A stretch of DNA of 63,572 bases, filler included, from Hausera hauseri (taxonomy: Eukaryota), in assembly GCA_046269625.1 (NCBI GenBank). It is 12 parts of 12 records of this genome, joined end to end, with 100 filler letters (N's around TTAATTAATTAA, not from the genome) between each part and the next. Parts side by side here need not be neighbours in the genome. Positions count along the whole stretch, not along the records: positions 46,880 to 53,169 come from JBJURY010116654.1; positions 53,270 to 58,931 come from JBJURY010210965.1; positions 59,032 to 63,572 come from JBJURY010535342.1; 9 more parts are not named here. One strand, 5' to 3'. The translations under genes were made by a program, and so were the position numbers. Shown here piece by piece: positions 49,545 through 62,369 of this stretch; the first letter of the stretch is position 1, and each line of letters starts with the position of its first letter. The notes beneath the pieces were generated by a model that searched no databases, had not been told where the DNA came from, and saw nothing but the letters and a program-made list of their open reading frames with translations.

Positions 49545-52060
49545 AGGAGGCGGGACAAGATGGCGGGTTGAGTGGTTGTGTTAGCTAGAGCTTGCATAGC
49601 AAGTCCTACATTTTACATAACTTTTAACTTAATTCTCCACTACAAAAAGACTGAAATGGTATCTCTAAAGGCTAATAGATCTCTCCAACATAAAGTTGAC
49701 TCAAAAAAGAAAGAAGCAGCTACAAACAAAGACCACCACTACGCAGGAATGGAACTCTCCACTCAAGGTAAAAGGGAACGAGGTGACTCCATACCCTCAA
49801 CTCCAAGCAAGATATCGGGGGGAAAATGACTCAGGTAAGTTGAAGGAAGAAATGAGGAGATTTCCCTCAAAGATATAATGAAAGGAATCATGACACTAGG
49901 AGAGAAAGTGGACAATATTGAACAACAGGTGACACAAAGCAGTGTTATGCTCGCTAGCCTAGCCATAGCAGTGGAGTTTAATGCTAACGAAGTTAAAGAA
50001 TGTAAGGCAAAGGTGAAAGAGCTGGAAAAGCTAAATGAACAACTTCGAGAGGAGAATGCTGACCTTAAAATGAGGCTCAGAGAACAAGAAAGATACAGAA
50101 TGAGGTGGTGCCTTCGTATAAAAGGCTTGAAGGAGGAGAAGGATGAGGATATCAGGTTTTTAGTCCTACAGACTCTGAAACGCGTCATTCCTGAATCTGA
50201 GTCAAGGCTGGAGGAGGCAGTGGATGTGGTACACAGACTGGGCAAGAAGATGGAGAACAAACAAAGGAACGTCATTGTCCTCTTCACACGAAGGTTGATG
50301 AAAGAAGAAATATGGAGGAAAACCAAAAAATGCACTTACTGCAGAGAACGAGGAATCAAGTTTGCTGAAATGTTACCCAAAGAAGACTGGGAGGAGAGAA
50401 ATTGCCTGTGGCCACTTATTGATCAAGCCAGGAAAGGTGGCCTTTTTCTGTGGCCCTTTTGGATATATTGATGGACGCCAAATCAGAGAAGATGCACATC
50501 CGAAATAAGATGGAGACGCAAGGTTGTTAGAGGACTTGCAAAAGCAGCTCTTAGTAAATATCACTCTTTGTTGATTGTTTAACTGATTCTAAGGTTAAAC
50601 TCTTTTCAGTTCAAGGTTAGTTTTTTCTCTTTCTTTTCTTTTTTTGTGTACTTGTTTAATGTTAAATGAAAACATTTCATTTGGTTCACTCAATGTTAGA
50701 GGTTTAAAAGATATTGTCAAAAGGAAAGCATTATTTTTGTTTTTGAAAGGACAGAAGTCAAATTGCTTTTTATTTCAAGAGACTCATTCTTCAAACACAG
50801 ATGAAACTTTTTGGACTAAGCAGTGGGGTGACAAGATGTTATTCAGCCATGCTACAAACCGAACTGGTGGTGTTGCAATTTGTTTTAATAGTTTCCCTGG
50901 AGAGATTGTGACACACAAAGGAGATTAAAATGGACATTGGTTAACAGCGGTGACAAAAATTGATAAATTGTTCCTCATTATAGTTAATGTTTATGGCTTT
51001 AACAATGACTGCTTAAACAGAATCCTACTAGATGACTTATCTCAGGTTATACTGGAACTTAAAACACGGTACCTCACAGATCATATAATTTTGGGAGGGG
51101 ACTGGAACATGACTCCAAATGAATGGCTGGATAGGTGGCCCCCAAGATTAGGCAGACAACAATACAATGGATTGGTAAATAATTTTATGATGGAAAATAA
51201 CCTAACTGATGTGTGGAGAACATTGAACCCAGAGCTTACTGAATATTCATGGATAAACCGAATGGACAATGTAAATCCAGATTAGACTATTGGTTGATAA
51301 GTGATGATCTTTTATCATGCACCACAAAAACTATAATCTCTAAAGCACCGCTATCTGATCACTGTTTAATAAGTTTAATAATCGGACCTAGTTTAAATAC
51401 AATAAGACATAAAGGCTACTGGAAATTTAACACCAGTTTATTAGACAACGAGGAATATTGCATTAAAATTAAAAAAATTATTAAGGATGTGGAAGCTGAT
51501 GACTCAATCAAAGATTACGTAAATAAATGGGAGTTTTTAACATATAAAATAAGATTGGATACTATACATTTCTGCAAAGAACTTAGGAAGAAGGGAAGAC
51601 AATATGAATGTGATTTAATCAGAGACATTAATCAAACTTGTAACTCCTCTGATACAAATACTCAGATTTTAATGGAATTACAAACTAAATTAGATGCTTT
51701 ATATTTGCAAAGGGCAAAGGGTGCTTATGTCAGATCAAGAACAAGATGGATGGAATCAGGAGAAAAGAATTCTTCTTACTTTAGTCGTTTAGAAAAAAGT
51801 AGACAAAAAAGGAACTCAGTAACTACTTTGTTGATCAATGATGAGGAATGCAATGACAGTAAGAAAAATATAGAAAAAGACATTTTTAATTTTTTTCCCA
51901 ACTTATACTCCACTCACTTCTCAGCAGATGACTCTAAATTTCTTTTTGAAAAAATCCAAGATAAAATTCCGCAAACTGAAGAGTCATTTAAAAATTTGTG
52001 AGATTCAGAGTTTAGACCAGAGGAATTAGAGGCAGTGATCCTTAAAGGCCATGGTTGAGA
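49545..52060 (+). mobile_element. L1/Tx1-type LINE, 5' half (5' UTR, ORF1, APE endonuclease), truncated before RT
   Basis: AAGATGGCG 5' motif; ORF1 coiled coil plus RWCLRIKGLKE..VHRLG; ORF2 SLNVRGL, FLFQETHS, GGDWN, SRLDYWLIS, SDHCLI, GYWKFN; frameshifts. Confidence 0.9.
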
Positions 52061-52477
52061 AACAGAACTTCAGCCACAGGACTTTAGGACTTTCAGGAAC
52101 AAAGAGAGAGTGCACCACAAAACATGAAACTATGATTATGAAATCAACATAACAGATTGAGTATTTGAATGATAACATTTTATTTACTCCTATCATTCCC
52201 CCCTGTTTATCATAGAAAATACTCAATACTGAAACATAAGGTGGAAGATTAACTGTAACAGTAACAGCAGTAAAATTCATAAAAACAAAATAAACTGAAC
52301 ACCAAAAAGTGAATAAATGAGAACTATTGATAGAAAATAAAATGAACACCATAATCACAATAAGTGAGTAATACTGATTAAAATGTAAACAACTCAACAC
52401 TGGAGCATCTGAAACACTTTTGTGTGAAAAAGACAATAAAGAACACATAAAAATGATAGACATACACGCAATTAATA

Positions 52478-53131
52478 ATGGATCTTAATAATAATGCAGT
52501 ATTTCAGATAGTTGGACCTAGTCGTAGTCTGAAAATCCACTTTGTATGTCAGCTATTATAGAGAGAGGACATGTTTAAAAACCAGTTTTATAGTATCTTT
52601 TGGTATCAAGGTAGAGGTGAGGAAAATGCACTAACACAACATGAATTTTGCAAATTAAAATGCATAACGGTCGTCAGTGGATTTGACGAGAACTGGCCTT
52701 CACGTCTTCAAAAGGGTGATGTCACTGTAATTGACGATCTGTTCCAGGAGGCAAATAAGGAAGCAGACTTTAACTATTTATTTACAAAGATCGCAAGTCA
52801 TAAAGGGGTTACGGTAATATTCATTATTTAGAACCGTTTCCCTCAGAGAGATAATCATCGTACGAGGAACTTAAATGTCCATTACTTTGTCATATTTAAG
52901 AACCCAAGAGATCAAACCGTAGTGGATTATTTGGTTACACAAGCATTTCCTCATAATGAGAAATATCTTATAGATGCATTCATGGATGCAACAAGAAAAC
53001 CACATGGGTACCTCTCTATCGTCTTTACTCAGCAATGCTCTGATGATAAACGAATTAAAACCAATATATTCCATCCTAAATGCATAACCATTTATAAACA
53101 AAAGAAAAATAACGTATGTATGCAATCATGA
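52478..53131 (+). pseudogene. Polinton/adintovirus-type A32-like packaging ATPase, degraded
   Basis: IVGPSRSLKI (decayed Walker A), VTVIDDL (Walker B), LFTKIASHKGVTVIFI, YFVIFKNPRD, AFMDATRKPHGYL, RIKTNIF. Confidence 0.85.
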
Positions 53132-53524
53132 ATTTTCGCAAAGTGTATATTAAAGTCAAAGCAAAGGCTNNNNNNNNNNNNNNNNNNNNNNNNNNNNNNN
53201 NNNNNNNNNNNNNTTAATTAATTAANNNNNNNNNNNNNNNNNNNNNNNNNNNNNNNNNNNNNNNNNNNNACCTGATATTACATGTGCAGTAATAAAAGGT
53301 ATTAATATTTCTTGTTCCGATAACACATAGCATGGACAAAGTCCCTTATTTGGCTCATGTAGCTAGTCATAACGATCACAAGTCAAAGTACATGGCAATT
53401 ACTGTCGGTCATATGCAATTCACACACCACCAATAAAGAATGTTACAAACATGTGTTAAAATTCAAGGTCATCAACAGTCACAAAGTATTTAAATAACTC
53501 TTGAGTGGAATTATCGTAATTGAA

Positions 53525-53782
53525 ATGATTTACGTGACTCTTCTTTTTGTTGCAGCGTCTTGTGTTCTGGTCAAATCAGAGACCTGCCATCTTCCCGATT
53601 ACTGCTCATGGCCAAAAGCTAATGGACTGGCTTATCTAGGAGCTGGAGGATGTAACCGTTGTTTCTGTTCGAACAATGGTGCTGGAGCCTGTACTGCGAT
53701 GTTTTGTAATTTGACCCATGAACAGTGCGAACAAGTTAAGGCGGAAAATATGGCAAAATATAGAGAACATGTATCTCAGTAA
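53525..53782 (+). CDS. Secreted pacifastin-like cysteine-rich protease inhibitor, 85 aa
   Basis: Signal peptide MIYVTLLFVAASCVLVKS; C..CNRCFCSNNG..CTAMFC motif; TATA-like TATTTAAA at 53487; ATTAAA downstream. Confidence 0.7.
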   Translation: MIYVTLLFVAASCVLVKSETCHLPDYCSWPKANGLAYLGAGGCNRCFCSNNGAGACTAMFCNLTHEQCEQVKAENMAKYREHVSQ

Positions 53783-54435
53783 TGATGTCTAATTCGTGGT
53801 TTTAAATAGCCATTAAACAAATTTCTGCATTTTGATGTTATATGGTTTCGTTTATTCAGTTAAAATACTAAATCAGTTTGATAAAAGCGAAAAAATTATG
53901 AAAGTACAGTAAGTCATCTATTCCATGCATCTTTGGGTAACTTGAGCTAGTTAAATAATACTTAAATGTTACTTTTATTTAAATTTTATTACGATCGACA
54001 TATTCACCCAATGATACACTAAACAATCGACATACAGGATAGATACATTCACATGATTTTTGGAACGGTAAAGAAAGTATTTTAAATTTTAATACTTACC
54101 CCCACATTTCAATTTCATGAAATCATGTTAATAAACATTATGAAAAGAAAAATAAGTACTGAATAATTTAATTAAAATTTCATTACTTAACAAATATGGA
54201 GGAATAATAAATTAAGGTGAAGTTGTAAAGGTGAATGGACGACATATTGCGGTACAAGACAAGTGCAAATTATCACAGATTAGATTGTTTGTGTTTTGTT
54301 TCACTGCAGTTGATATTACAAAAAATTATTGGCCACTTTTAAATTGTAAAAGTTACAACCTTACTATTCAAATAAATATAAAAAAATGGATAAATCGCTT
54401 TAAGTACGACGTTATGTATTTATGTAATTTACACG

Positions 54436-57400
54436 TAATGTAGTACATCTTATTGGTACTTGTGTAATATGTGATACATCTTGTTGGCACTTGTGTATTA
54501 TGTGATACATTTTACTGGTTTTTGTGTATTATACATTACATATTACTGTTACTTGAGTATTATGTGATACATATTATTGGTACTTGTGTGTTATGTGATA
54601 CGTCTTGTCGATACTTGTGTATGATGTGATACATCTTATTGGTACTTGTGTATTTTGTAATATATATTGTTTGGTCTTGTGTATTATGTGGTACATATTA
54701 TTGGTAGTTGTGCATTCTGTGATACATCTTACTGTTTCTCGTGTATTATGTGATGCATCTTATTTTTACTTGTGTATTATGTGATACATCTTTTTGGTAC
54801 TTGTGTATTATGTGATACACCTTGTTGGTACTTGTATATTATGTGATACATCTTACTGGTTCTTGTGTATTATGTGATACATCTTGTAGGTACTTCTGTA
54901 TTATATGACACATCTTACTGTTTCTTGTGTATTATGTTATCCATCTTATTGTTACTTCTGTATTATGTGATACATCTTGTCGATAGTTGGTATGATGTGA
55001 TACATCTTATTGGTACTTGTGTATTATGTGATATATATTGTTGGGACTTGTGTATTATATGATACATCTTGTTGTTACTGTTGTATTATGTGATACATCT
55101 TAACGGTACTTGTGTATTATGTGATACATTTTATTGTTACTTGTGTATTATGTGATACATCTTGTTGTTACTTATATATTATGTAGTACATCTTGTTGGT
55201 ACTCGTGTATTACGTGATATATCTTGTTGGTACTTCTGTATTATGTGTTACATTTTGTCGATACTTGTGTATCATGTGATACATCTTATTGGTACTTGTG
55301 TATTATGTGGTACATCTTATATGTACTTGTGTATTATGTGATCCATATTATTGGTACTTGTGTATTATATGATCCATATTACTGGTACTTGTGTATTATG
55401 TGATACGTCTTGTTGGTACTTGTGTATTATGTGTTAAATCTTGTTGGTACTTGTGTATTATGTGATACATTTTACTGGTTCTTGTGTATTATTTGATACA
55501 TCTTATTTTTCCTTGTGTATTATGTGATACATCTTATTCGCACTTCTGTTTTATGTGATACGTCTTGTCGATACTTGTGTATTATGTGATACATCTTGTT
55601 GGTACTTGTGTATTATATGATACATCTTATTGGTTCTTGTGTGTTATGTGATACATCTTATTGGTACTTGTGTATTATGTGATACATCTTGTTGGTACTT
55701 GTGTATTATGCGGTGCATATTATTGGTCCATGTGTCTTATGTGATACATCTTGTTGGTACTTTTGAATTATGTGATGCATCTTATTGATACTTGTGTATT
55801 ATGTGGTACGTCTTCTTGGTACTTGTGTATTATGTGATACACCTTACTTGTACTTGTGTATTATGTGTTACACCTTATACGTATTTGTGTATTATGTGCT
55901 ACATCTTATTGGTACCTGTGTATTATTAGGTACATCATATAGGTACTTTTGTGCTATGTGATACATGTTACTGGTACTTGTGCATAATGCGGTACGTTTT
56001 ATTTGTAATTGTGTATTTTGTGATACATCTTGTTGTTACTTGTGTATTATGTGGTACATCTGATTGTTACTTGTGTATTATGTGGCAAATCTTATTGGTA
56101 GTTGTGTATTATTTGATACATCTTACTGGTTCTTGTGTATTATGTGATGCGTCTTATTGGTACTTGTGAATTACATGATACGTCTTGTTGGTTATTGTGT
56201 ATTATGTGATACGTATTGTTGGTACTTTTTTATTATGTGATACATCATTTGGTACTTGTGTATTATGTGGTACATCTGATTGTTACTTGTGTATTATGTG
56301 GTAAATCTTATTGGTAGTTGTGAATTATTTGATACATCTTACTGGTTCTTGTGTACTATGTGATGCTTCTTATTGGTACTTGTGTTTTATATGATACGTG
56401 TTGTTGGTTACTGTATATTATGTGATACGTCTTGTTGGTACTTGTGTATTATGTGATACATCTTGTTGGTACTTGTGTACTATGTGATACATTTTACTGG
56501 TTCTTCTGTATTATGTGTTACATCTTATTGTTACTTGTGTATTATGTGATACATCTTATTGGTACTTGTGTGTTATGTGATACGTCTTGTCGATACTTGT
56601 GTATTATGTGATACATCTTATTGGTATTGTGTATTATGTGATACATCTTGTTGTTACTTGTGTATTATGTGATACATTTTAGTGGTTCTTGTGTATTTTA
56701 TGATACATTTTACTGGTATTGTGTATTATGTAAAACAACTGGTTGGTAATTTGTGTTATGTGATACATATTAATGGTACATGTGTATTATATGGTACATC
56801 ATATTGGTACTTTTGTATTATGTCATACATGTTTCTGGTACTTGTGCGTAATGCGGTACGTTTTACTTGTAGTTGTGTATTATGTGATACATCTTGTTGG
56901 TACATGTGAATTATGTGATACATCTTACTGGGCCTTGTGTATTATGTGATACATCTTATTGTTGCTTGTGTAATATGTGTTACATCTTATTGGTACTTGT
57001 GTATTATGTGATACGCCTTGTCGATACTTGGGTATTATGTGATACATCTTGTTAATACTTGAGTATTATTTATACATCTTATTCGTACTTTTACATTATG
57101 TGATACATCTTATTGGTACTTGTGTATTATATGATCCGTCTTGTTGGTTGTTGTGTATTGATTCATACGTATTCCTGGCACTTTTATATTATGTGATACA
57201 TATGTTGGTACTTGTGTATTATGTAATATATCTGATTGGTATTTTCCTATTATGTGGTAAAGCTTATGCGTAGTTGTGTATTCCGTGATACATCTTACTG
57301 GCTCTTGTGTATTATGTTATACACCTTATTGGTACTTGTGTATTATGTGATACATCTTATTGGTCCATGTGTATTATATGATACATCTTATTGATACTTG

Positions 57401-58931
57401 TGTATTATGTGATTCATCTTTTTGGTACTTGTGTATTATGTGATACATCTTGTTGGTTCTTGTGTATTATGAGATACATATTAATCGTTCTTGTGTTTTA
57501 TGTGATACATCTTATTTTTACTTGTGCATTATGTGATACATCTTAATGGCACTTGTGTAATATGTGATACGTCTTGTCGATACTTGTGTATTATGTGATA
57601 CATCTTGTAAATACTTTTGTATTACGTGATACATTTTGTCGACCCATGTGCATTATGTTATACATCTTGTTGATACTTGTGAATTATGTGATACATCTTA
57701 TTGGTACTTGTGTATTATGTGATACATCTTGTTGGTACTTGAGTATTATTTGATACTTCTTGTTGGTACTTGTGTATTATGTGGTACATCTAGTTCTCAC
57801 TTGTGTATTATGTGATACATTTTAGTGGTTCTTGTATATTATATGATACATATTATTGCTACTTGTGTATTATGTGATACATCTTATTGGTACTTGTGTG
57901 TTACGTGATACATATTATTGCTACTTGTGTATTATGTGATACATCTTATTGGTACTTGTGTATTATGTGATACATATTGTTGGGACTTGTGTATTATGTG
58001 GAACATCTGATTGGTACTTGTGTATCATGTAGTTAATCTTATTGGTACTTGTGTATTATGTGATGCATCTTATTGGTACTTGTGTATTAGGTAATACATG
58101 CTTTTGGTACTTGTGTATTATGTGATACATCTTACTCGTTCTTGTGTGTTATGTGATATATCTTATTTTTACTTGTGTATTATGTGATATATATTATTGG
58201 TACTTGTGCATTATGTGATACGTCTTGTTGGTACTTCTGTATTATGTGATAGATCTTGTTGGTACTTGTGTTTTATGTGATACATTTTACTGGTTCTTGT
58301 GTATTATATGATACATCTTTGTGTTACTTGTGTATTATGTGATACACCTTATTGGGACTTGTGTGTTATGTGATAAGTCTTGTAGATATTTGTGTATGAT
58401 GTGATATGTCTTATTGTTACTTGTGTATTATGGGATACACGTTATTGGTACTTGTGTGTTATGTTATACCTCTTGTTTGTACTTCTGTATTATGTGATAC
58501 ATCTTGTTGGGACTTGTGTTTTATGTGATACATCTTACTGGTTCTTGTGTATTATGTGATACATCTTATTTTTCCTTGTGTATTATGTGATACATCTTAT
58601 TGGCACTTCTGTATTATGTGATACGTCTTGTCGATACTTGTATATTATGTGACACATATTGTTGGTACTTGTGTATTTGTGATACATATTATTGGTACTT
58701 GTGTATTATGTGATTCATCTTATTGGTTCTTGTGTATTATGTGATACATCTTATTGGTACTTGTGTATTATGTGATACATCTTATTGATACTTGTGTATT
58801 ATGTGGTACGTCTTCTTGGTACCTGTGTATTATTATGTACATCATATTGGTACATTTGTGCTATGTGATACATGTTACTGGTACTTGTGCATAATGCGGT
58901 ACGTTTTATTTGTAATTGTGTATTTTGTGAT
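54436..58931 (+). repeat. 31-bp tandem satellite B (~145 units), consensus CTTGTGTATTATGTGATACATCTTATTGGTA
   Basis: Continuous array running to the contig end. Confidence 0.97.
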
Positions 58932-59031
58932 NNNNNNNNNNNNNNNNNNNNNNNNNNNNNNNNNNNNNNNNNNNNTTAATTAATTAANNNNNNNNNNNNN
59001 NNNNNNNNNNNNNNNNNNNNNNNNNNNNNNN

Positions 59032-61330
59032 CCACACTGGTCTATACTCCTGGAACGTTATGCCTTTTGGTCTAAAGGGATCTCCAGCGACGTATATGTC
59101 CTTAATGAACATCGTGTTGGAGGGCATGCAACGATTCGTCTTGGCATACATCGATGAAGTCCTCATATTTACCACAAGAGACATCGAGGATCACCTCAAC
59201 CATGTGGAAAAAGTTTTCCACCAAATGCGGCAACATCATGTCAAGCTCAAGTTAAGTAAGTGCGAGTTCTTGAAGACAGAAACCAGATACCTTGGGTTCA
59301 TCATTACACGAGAGGGCATCAAACCAGACACAGACAAAGTAGCGGCAATACACCAGATGCCACCACCATGGAACATCAAAGAAGTTCACGGATTCCTGGG
59401 TACCTGTGGGTACTATCAGAGATTCATTAAAGACTTCTCGATTACCGCTGAACCGTTGGTTGCCTTAACTCGCTCGATTTCGCTCGATTTCGCTGGGATG
59501 ATGAATGCAATACAGCTTTCGAACACCTTAAGGACCAATTAACTGTGGTCGCCTTACTATCTTACCCAAACACCAACAAGGGATTCATATTATATACTGA
59601 CGCCTCAGAGTACGCTATTGGCGCAGTTCTCTCACAGGATGATGGCAAGGAACTTGTTAATGGGAAATTAAGGAAGAAAGAGAAACTCATTTACTTCCTC
59701 TCCCACCAGTTAACAAAATCGCAAAAGAAATGGCCTGTTGTGTAGAAAGAAGCTTACGCCATTCATTACACATTGCAAAAGCTGAATTTTTATTTGCACA
59801 ACAGTAAATTTGTAGTGTGTACAGATCACATGCCGTTGAAGTCAATGCTACGCTCAGATGTCCAGAATAAACGTATTCAACCATGGATTCTTAACTTCCA
59901 AGGGTATAACATGGATATCGAATATATCACTGGACCGGAAAATACTGCAGCAGACTTACTGTCAAGAATACCGGAAACCACAGCGGTTACAACCACCACA
60001 GAAGCAGTACCAGAAGAAGAAGGCACTCCTGACATCGACGATCACGCCCTCCAGATATCAGCGATCAACTCCAATCAAAAAGAAACATATGAAGCCGACA
60101 CCGACTGTCAAAGTGAAGATCAGAATGTCCAACAAATTGATATGCAAGCAGAACAGGAACAAGACCCAGAATTAAAACTGATAAGAAATGATCTTCAGTC
60201 AGGCGACACCGGAAAGATCCGAAAGTGGAATAAGTTTACAGTGGAAGATGGAGCTCTGTATCGAATTAGTGGCCGACAGAAGAACAGTCTCCAGCTATGC
60301 GTACCCAAACATATGACAGCGATGGTACTCAATCAATACCACGACGAGATAGGTCATCTGGGACGAGATCGTACCACTGAGATGATCACTCGGAAATATT
60401 TTTGGAAGAACATGGAGAAAGAGGTTAGTGAATATGTGAAGAGTTGCCACAGGTGCAAGTTACATAATATGGAATTCCTGAGACACCCATTACAAGAACC
60501 AGATTATGCTTCCTTCCCTTTTGAGAAGATTAGCATTGACTTGTCAGGTCCACACCCAGTCACGCCCTCGGGGAATAGTTATATCCTACATATAGTAGAT
60601 GTCTACAGTTGCTGGCCGGAGTTATATGCACTTCCAGACAAGTCGGTCAACAGAATTCTTGAGATACTCTTACAAGAATTTATCCCTCGATATGGATGTC
60701 CGAAGGTTCTGATATCCGACAACGGTAGAGAGTTCGTCAATAAAGCCATGTCAGAAACCCTCAAACAGTTGAACATCAAACACGTCTGAACAGCCACCTA
60801 CAACCCAGGTGCAAATGGGATCAACGAGCGACAACATGTTACCCTATATGACGTGATTGCCAAATACGCTAACAATCAACCAAAATAATAGGATCTGTAT
60901 CTCCAGCAAGCAGCTATGGTTGTTCGTATAATGGAAAACGGAAGCAGAAAATATGCTCCTTATGAAATGATCTTTGGGTGCGAACCTATTCTACCCCTCG
61001 ATAATTTGTTGAAACCCCATCAGTTATATTATGGTGAAGAATTCCATCAATATGTCCTACAGACGTTACACGAAATTTCGATGAAGGTCAGCTGTAACTT
61101 AAGAGAAGCGTTTAGACAATAAAAAGAATACCTCGAACCAAAGACCATCAGTCAAGAATTTATGATCGGAGATAGTCTATTACAAGAATCACCGTCGTAC
61201 GTCTAAGATGGACAACAGATGGGTTCCAGGTTACCAAATAGTCGAAAAACGAGGACCTGTCACGTGCGTGATCAAAAATTCAATACACTGGGCAGGCCAC
61301 TACCACAACAACTAGTCACTTAAGAAAAGC
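59032..61330 (+). pseudogene. Gypsy pol: RT C-terminal part, RNase H, integrase
   Basis: MPFGL, YIDE (mutated YxDD), YTDASEYAIGAVLSQ, TDHMPL, AADLLSR, HHCC (HDEIGH..CHRC), IDLSGP, SDNGREF, NGINER; stops and frameshifts. Confidence 0.93.
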
Positions 61331-61361
61331 AGATAACCCATTCCCTGATGTAGAACGTCCA

Positions 61362-62369
61362 GTGGAGAATTACCGATCCCGAAAAACCAGATATGTAGTC
61401 CCTCCCAACGAAAGTAATTCAGAGACGTCCACGACCAACTCTGACACAACATCCGATGCCAACACACAGTTCCAAGAGGAAAGCGACACCAGATACGAAA
61501 TTGTCCCCACACAACAAAGAACATTCACCCGACAGAAAGAAACACCTGCTCTAACTACTCCTGACGAAAATTTCGACAATACTGCTCCTTATAAAAACAA
61601 CAGGTTAGCAGCAAGAAAACGTTTCGTGGAAGCAAAGACACGACAATTGAAAAGAGCCAGACAGATTTGAGAAACATCTTCGGAGGATAGTGATATTCCC
61701 CTAATGGAAAGGAAAAGACGATTAAAGGATAGAGCACTTCGCCTGATGCAAGAAGAGGACGAAGACAAAGACGCCACACCGCTTGAAATACCCCATGAGA
61801 CCACATCAGATGAAGACTCATATGGTACGGTAGTTGTGGACCCCTCTGACACTGAAACATCAGAAATGGAACGAATCGTGAGACATGCAAAACGAACTAG
61901 AGACTTAGGAACTTGCAATGAAGATGCACCACAAACTAAAACCCAAAGACAAGCGGTCTTGAAGCAGAAGTACCTTCAGAAAGCCAGACAGTTCAGACGC
62001 CAACAAGACGGAGACCGAGCCAAAATTACAGCAGTTGTAGGACAAATTCGGGCTACAGCACAGGAAAAAGATAGAGAAATACAAGACATCCAGTCAACAG
62101 TGGCGGAAGTACTGGCAGAGAAACGCAATGCGGAAGCTCAAGTCAAAAGTCTCCTCACACAAGTTAAAGAAAAAGATAATACATTACACGAAATGGAAAG
62201 GCACACGAATGACCTAGAAAACGAAAATACGATGAAGTCCATACCCATCACGAAACTACGAAAACGGCTCACAGGGATGATTACGTGCAGCAAAGATGCG
62301 ACGGAAACGAAGCAAAGCTACCCAGGCAACGATGATAGTACACTAGACGGGAATACAGTTGAGAAATAG
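61362..62369 (+). pseudogene. Acidic and coiled-coil accessory ORF downstream of integrase
   Basis: ORFs 61362-61670 and 61704-62369 are in the same frame, separated by one stop; S/T/D/E-rich then heptad-rich. Confidence 0.45.

Noticed and set aside
42410-58931. CRISPR-like arrays
   Set aside because: Head-to-tail monomers without unique spacers, no cas genes, eukaryotic context
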